A DNA stretch of 64,000 nucleotides from Andalucia godoyi And28 (taxonomy: Eukaryota > Protista > Jakobida): positions 207,428-271,427 of the forward strand of contig VRVR01000017.1 in assembly GCA_009859145.1 (NCBI GenBank). Reading direction: 5' to 3'. Both the position numbers and the translations under genes were made by a program. Below are positions 59,673-64,000 of the stretch, piece by piece (position 1 is the first letter of the stretch; every line of letters begins with the position of its first letter). The notes beneath the pieces were generated by a model. It was not told the origin of the DNA and did no database searches. It saw only the letters and a program-made list of their open reading frames with translations.

Positions 59673-61046
59673 ATGACGGTTATCTCTTTGGAGCTCCCTT
59701 CGGATTCCGGACTTACAGAGTTTGCGCAGCGGATTTCCGAGCTTCTTCCTTCTGGAGCGTACTGCCCATTGGAGAATGTTATGCTACCGCTGTTGGATAT
59801 TGAAGCGGAATCCACGCTAGAGTTTCGGCTGCAGCGCCTCGCTGAGGGCCACGAGCCGGTGATCTGCACAGTTTTGCATCATTTTGAAATTCATCGAGGT
59901 CATTTGTGTGCGGTTTTGCATGCTGCTGGAATTGGAAGTCTTGCAAAGCTGTTTGCATCCCAGTTTCCGCTTGGAAAGCCATGCTCGCGAGTCCGAGATT
60001 ATCATGCGCTCGTCTATCTCGGCACAGTTTGCACCGATTCAAGTGGAAACGACGATCACGCAGGCCTGGATCTGGGAAAACTCGCCTTGCAAGTGCAGTT
60101 CCCGGAATCGCATTTCCTGTGCTCAAACCTCGTGATCCATGATCTGGGGGTCAGCAAAACGCTGCGAAGTCTGAAGCATTCGTTCCATTTGGTTTACCGT
60201 GATGGTCCTTTCCGATTGTACGTGGGCCAGAGGGAGAGCGCAATGTCTGCTGATACGTTCCGGTTTCACGACATCAAGTACGTGGTGAACTGCGCAGTTG
60301 CGAGCGTTCCCAATCACTTTGAGAATCGATCCGACATGGGGGTCAAGTACATTGGGCTGAACGTAGACGATACGAGTCCCGACGATCGGGTAGCAGATCC
60401 CACGAGCCAGTGGCCGGCGGTCATGGAGTTTGCCGAGCAGGCACGGCAGGAAAAAACCGGCCTGCTCATCCATTGCTGGGCTGGAATGAATCGCTCCGTC
60501 TCCACTGCTGCGGTATTCATGGTTCTCAGTGGATATGCTCCAGGAGTAATTTCTGCCATCAGGACAATCGCGTCACATCGACCCGTATCCTCCCCTATGC
60601 CAAAATACGTGAGATGGGCTGCGGAGTACGTTTCCTCGGTCCGCAAAGAAGCTCCCGAAGAAGCGCTTCGAGAGGTGGCAGCACTGTACTTCCAGGCTCC
60701 CGAAACCAACTTCATTCGCGCATTTTCGTATCGTGCATGGGACGTGGTGTTCTTTATGCTGAACCACTGCTCTCCAGAGGAGCGAAAGCAGTTGTTGCAC
60801 TTGCGTAGCCGCATGTCTGGAAACTCTGCGCTGCATGCCGCCGTCCATTTTGACAGCGTTCGAAGCGTCGGGCAGCTGTTGCAGCTGGGTGCAGACAGGA
60901 ACATCAAGGACAACATGGGTCGCACTCCGCTGGACCTTGCCATCGAACTGGATCGACAGGACATCGTCGTTCTGCTGAATATGATTGATGACTGCGCTTT
61001 GGGAACTCCCACAACCGCCTTAGGGAGTGCTGTAATTTATCCATGA
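59673..61046 (+). CDS. Dual-specificity protein phosphatase with C-terminal ankyrin repeats and an uncharacterised N-terminal domain
   Basis: LYVGQ, IKYVVNCA, catalytic LIHCWAGMNRS (CX5R); ankyrin SGNSALHAAVHFD..VGQLLQLGADRNIKDNMGRTPLDLA. ATG at 59673. Confidence 0.9.
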   Translation: MTVISLELPSDSGLTEFAQRISELLPSGAYCPLENVMLPLLDIEAESTLEFRLQRLAEGHEPVICTVLHHFEIHRGHLCAVLHAAGIGSLAKLFASQFPLGKPCSRVRDYHALVYLGTVCTDSSGNDDHAGLDLGKLALQVQFPESHFLCSNLVIHDLGVSKTLRSLKHSFHLVYRDGPFRLYVGQRESAMSADTFRFHDIKYVVNCAVASVPNHFENRSDMGVKYIGLNVDDTSPDDRVADPTSQWPAVMEFAEQARQEKTGLLIHCWAGMNRSVSTAAVFMVLSGYAPGVISAIRTIASHRPVSSPMPKYVRWAAEYVSSVRKEAPEEALREVAALYFQAPETNFIRAFSYRAWDVVFFMLNHCSPEERKQLLHLRSRMSGNSALHAAVHFDSVRSVGQLLQLGADRNIKDNMGRTPLDLAIELDRQDIVVLLNMIDDCALGTPTTALGSAVIYP

Positions 61047-61225
61047 ATCAGCATTATGCATTTCTTTCTCTATTTCTATTTTTCTATTCTGTACGCAGAA
61101 ACCGAAGAGGTGCGGGAGAGAAGATACAAATGTACGGGGCGCTTAATGCTCGAGAAGGATAGATATGCTCGAGGAAGCGTTGGTCTGGAGATTATGGAAC
61201 TGCGGCTGCGTGGATTGTGCGTGCG

Positions 61226-61852
61226 TCATCCTTGCTTCTTCCAAAAGTGGCGGTCTCGTTGCAGCCGATACATGAACTTGTCGAGCCACGCATTCAGCGC
61301 CGACAACGGAATGGTGACGGTAGGAGACCCGTAAGGGTTGTCCTGGGCAAACGAGGTCAAGTAGTTGTACACGTCCTTCGCAACAAACTGTGCCATTTGG
61401 GCGTCGTATTGAGCACCAGCAACTGCCGAGGTAGCCTGGCCGATTTCTCGGTTCTGAATGGCCGTCAAAAGCTCAAGCTCGATTCCAATTTGCGCCACTC
61501 CTTGCACCGAAAAGCTGTTTTGCTGAGCAAAAAAGGACGACGAAATCTGTGATGCGACTCTTCCGCCTGCATCTAGCGCTTCCGGAGGAGGAATTCGAAA
61601 CAAGTCACTCACCCGGTTGTTGTGAAGATGTCCAAGATATGTCCACAGATCAGTCCCTTCAAGAGAAATAAAGATCGATGCACCATACCCGTCGGGAAGC
61701 GCAGCCGCCCCCGTGAGAAATACCAACACTTCTTGCGTGTCTGATGTCAAACTGATCGGCAGTTCGAGAATCCAGTGTGTCGAGTCCAGTTGCGAGAACC
61801 CCGTCAGCGGAAGCGTCACTTGTGGAACAATACATCCAAATACCGAAGCCAT
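61226..61852 (-). CDS. HIKESHI: Hikeshi/OPI10 (DUF775), Hsp70 nuclear import carrier
   Basis: MASVFGCIV, VLVFLTG...LPDGYGASIF, WTYLG.L.N..VS.LF, AQIGIELE, VAKDVYNYLTSF, IPLSALNAW..KF..RL..D..FWK. Confidence 0.92.
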   Translation of the reverse strand: MASVFGCIVPQVTLPLTGFSQLDSTHWILELPISLTSDTQEVLVFLTGAAALPDGYGASIFISLEGTDLWTYLGHLHNNRVSDLFRIPPPEALDAGGRVASQISSSFFAQQNSFSVQGVAQIGIELELLTAIQNREIGQATSAVAGAQYDAQMAQFVAKDVYNYLTSFAQDNPYGSPTVTIPLSALNAWLDKFMYRLQRDRHFWKKQG

Positions 61853-62450
61853 TTCGTAATTTAAAAATAATAATTAAAATTATAATAACAATAATAACAA
61901 CAGCAATAATAATAAAAAGAGTCAAAAAGCACCGCGCCCCACTCCTCTAAAGCAGCAATGCACGTCGTGTCTTCACCTGGCTTATCCCCGTCGTGGCTTG
62001 CAGCGAATAATGCGTCCTTCACGATAAGGAAAAGAAACCCAGACGTGAACTCGTGTGTTGCTTTTTTGCATTTTGACCGTTCTATTTCAAGAATGTTGCG
62101 TCACAAATCCCCGATAAGCATGAATCTCCTATATTTTTTTTAAATAAAAAAGCTCCGATGAGGTGTCAGAGGGAGTTCCCGGATGACATTTGTCAACCGC
62201 GCAAATGAGCAGACTTGAAAAGCTAAAACCCGCCAAAAAAGGGATTTTTGCATCGCAATTTTTTTAAATTATGATTTGTTAAATGATTGTATTTGTCTTT
62301 TCCATTCCGTTCTTCTTGTTCTGCTTTTTCTTTCTCGCTTTCCTTGCTCCGGAAAAAACCTTTATTTTTTTTTTTTCTTGCTTGCGTTTGTTTGGGTGTG
62401 TTTTGTTGGTTGGTTGGCGGATTTCTCAAAACAGAGGCAGCAGTGGAAGA

Positions 62451-62829
62451 ATGGACGCACTCGCGGCACAGATGAATATTAGGCGCAGTGCCGAAGAAAC
62501 ACAAGATTTTGTCAAGGACTTGTATTCCTGGGAAGACGAGATGAAGAAAAAGGATGCTGAGCTGCGGAAGAAAAAGGTGTCTGTTTCCGCAGATTCACTT
62601 CCTCCTATTCGCGGAACCACATCCTCATCATCCCCGGGGTCGTCTGCACCTGTGCCTTCTGCAGCTTCCAAGGGATCAAAGGTCACCGAGATTGAACCCG
62701 ACTTAAAAAGAGCCGACAATGCACAGAGAATCAAGCCGAAGAACTATGATGAGTACTACAAGTGGGATTCATTTGATCCGGAAAAGGATGAGCAGCTGGT
62801 ATCCACCACCACCACCACCACCACCACCA

Positions 62830-62860
<31 letters not shown>

Positions 62861-64000
62861 GACGTCGTCGGCATCCTCCAAGCCAGTTTCGTCAGCCATG
62901 GAACCGCAGAAAGTGCAGAACACGTCTTCGGAACCACAGCCACAAGTTGATCCGAAGACGTCGAAGAAGATGAGGGCAGAAGCTGCAAAGGAGGCCGGGA
63001 ACGATTTCTTCAAGAAAAATGAATTTGGAAAGGCGATTGATAAGTACTCGGAAGCAATTCTGCTCACTCCTGGAGAGAGCGTCTACTATTCGAACCGAGC
63101 GATGGCATATTTGAAGCTGTCAAAGTATGCAGATGCGGAACAGGATTGCACGTCTGCAATCGCCATGGATCCGAAAAATGTAAAGGCGTTCCACCGTCGA
63201 GGAACATCTCGAAAGGCCCTCGGTCGGGTCGAAGAAGCGGTCAGGGACTTTGAAACAGCGCTGAAGATTGCCCCAGACAGTGCTCAAGTCCTGCAGGAAC
63301 TCAAAGCTTGCAAGGAGGCTTTGGGGATATCGCAGTCACCTGTGCTGGAAAAGAATGCATCCGCTGCATCTCAGGGTAAAGTGGCCACTCCAGAGCCAGC
63401 AAAATCCAAGAAAAAGATGCAGATCGTGGAAGTTGAAGAAGAGCCGATTGCCGCGGCAGCACCCAAAGGAGTCTTGTCCAGCAAGCGTGTTGATGAGGAC
63501 GCCGGTATCAAGGTTGTTGGGTCGACTTCAATCAGTTCTTCGTCACCAGTTCCCCACGAGAAAGAGGAGGAAATCGAAGAAATAGTGACTTCAGGTGCAA
63601 AGAAGTTGCAGCGCAAGGAAGCCGAGAGGCAGAAGCACGAAGATGGTATTCGACAGAGAGACATAGCCAGCAAGATGGAAGTTAAAGTCGCGTTGCCCAC
63701 AGAAGCTCCAAAGACAGCATCCGAGTTTGAGCGCCTTACAAAGGCTTTCAAAACTGACGTTGCTGGTTTGGCTCATATTGTGAGACTATTGGATCCTGCT
63801 GCGATCCCTGCGTTGTTTCAGCACTCGTTTGATGCCGATAAGCTCACAACGATCGTGCGCGGTGCCAAGGAGCTTGCGACAAGACACGCAGAGTTTGTCT
63901 TCAAGGTGTTTTCTGTGCTTCCGACTGTCAATCGTTTTGGCATGACAGCAATGATTCTCCCCAAGGCAGAGAAGCAAACGTTGTCTGAAATTTTTAATCA
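62451..64000 (+). CDS. RPAP3: RPAP3/Spaghetti-like R2TP co-chaperone (TPR plus RPAP3_C); truncated by the right window edge
   Basis: MDALAAQMNIRRSAEETQDFVKDLYSWEDEMKKKD; TPRs KEAGNDFFKKNEF...YSNRAMAYLKL...DCTSAI..DP..VKAFHRRG; PKTASEFE in the C-domain. Frame stays open to 64000. Confidence 0.92.

Noticed and set aside
61965-61990. CTTCACCTGG resembling the U1 snRNA 5' end
   Set aside because: No ATACTTACCTG match, no U1 stem-loops and no Sm site.
1-64000. Alternative genetic code (TGA reassignment), prompted by in-frame TGAs at 1224 and 9807
   Set aside because: Conserved genes end correctly at TGA (MnmE FCIGK*, CIA2, Hikeshi, DUF1445), TAA and TAG, so the code is standard.
1-64000. CRISPR arrays, rRNA or tRNA genes
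   Set aside because: No repeat-spacer arrays, rRNA signatures or complete cloverleafs were seen by eye; tRNAscan-SE or Infernal would be needed to exclude them fully.

Overview
This is a gene-dense nuclear window from a compact-genome unicellular eukaryote, with about 35 protein genes. The genetic code is standard. Introns are short and mostly AT-rich, with GTATGT/GTACGT/GTGAGC-type donors, and intergenic spacers are rich in microsatellites. The lineage cannot be fixed without phylogenetics. Recognisable genes: PolI-type 5'-3' exonuclease (cut by the left edge), MnmE/GTPBP3, RMND5/GID2, an RCC1-repeat protein, three RING proteins, a TPR protein, a bacterial-type YdeI/OmpD-associated protein, CENP-I, a divergent ASF1-like protein, an OSR1/SPAK-like STE20 kinase, DUF1445/D-glutamate-cyclase-like, NOG2, CIA2/MIP18, eIF2-beta, sulfiredoxin, cactin, an EamA transporter, RPS29, a PRMT1-like methyltransferase, a dual-specificity phosphatase with ankyrin repeats, Hikeshi and RPAP3 (cut by the right edge). 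Several spliced models absent from the ORF track were rebuilt by hand. The most striking signal is non-genic: up to four frameshifted relics of IS607-type TnpB/Fanzor2 elements lie in intergenic GC-rich islands (about 3.7 kb, 9.7-10.0 kb, 42.8-43.4 kb and 58.9-59.3 kb). The 43 kb copy also keeps an IS607 TnpA serine recombinase fragment. The 59 kb copy keeps hairpins where an omega (guide) RNA would lie. All family assignments come from motif recognition by eye against recalled consensus sequences; no database search was run.
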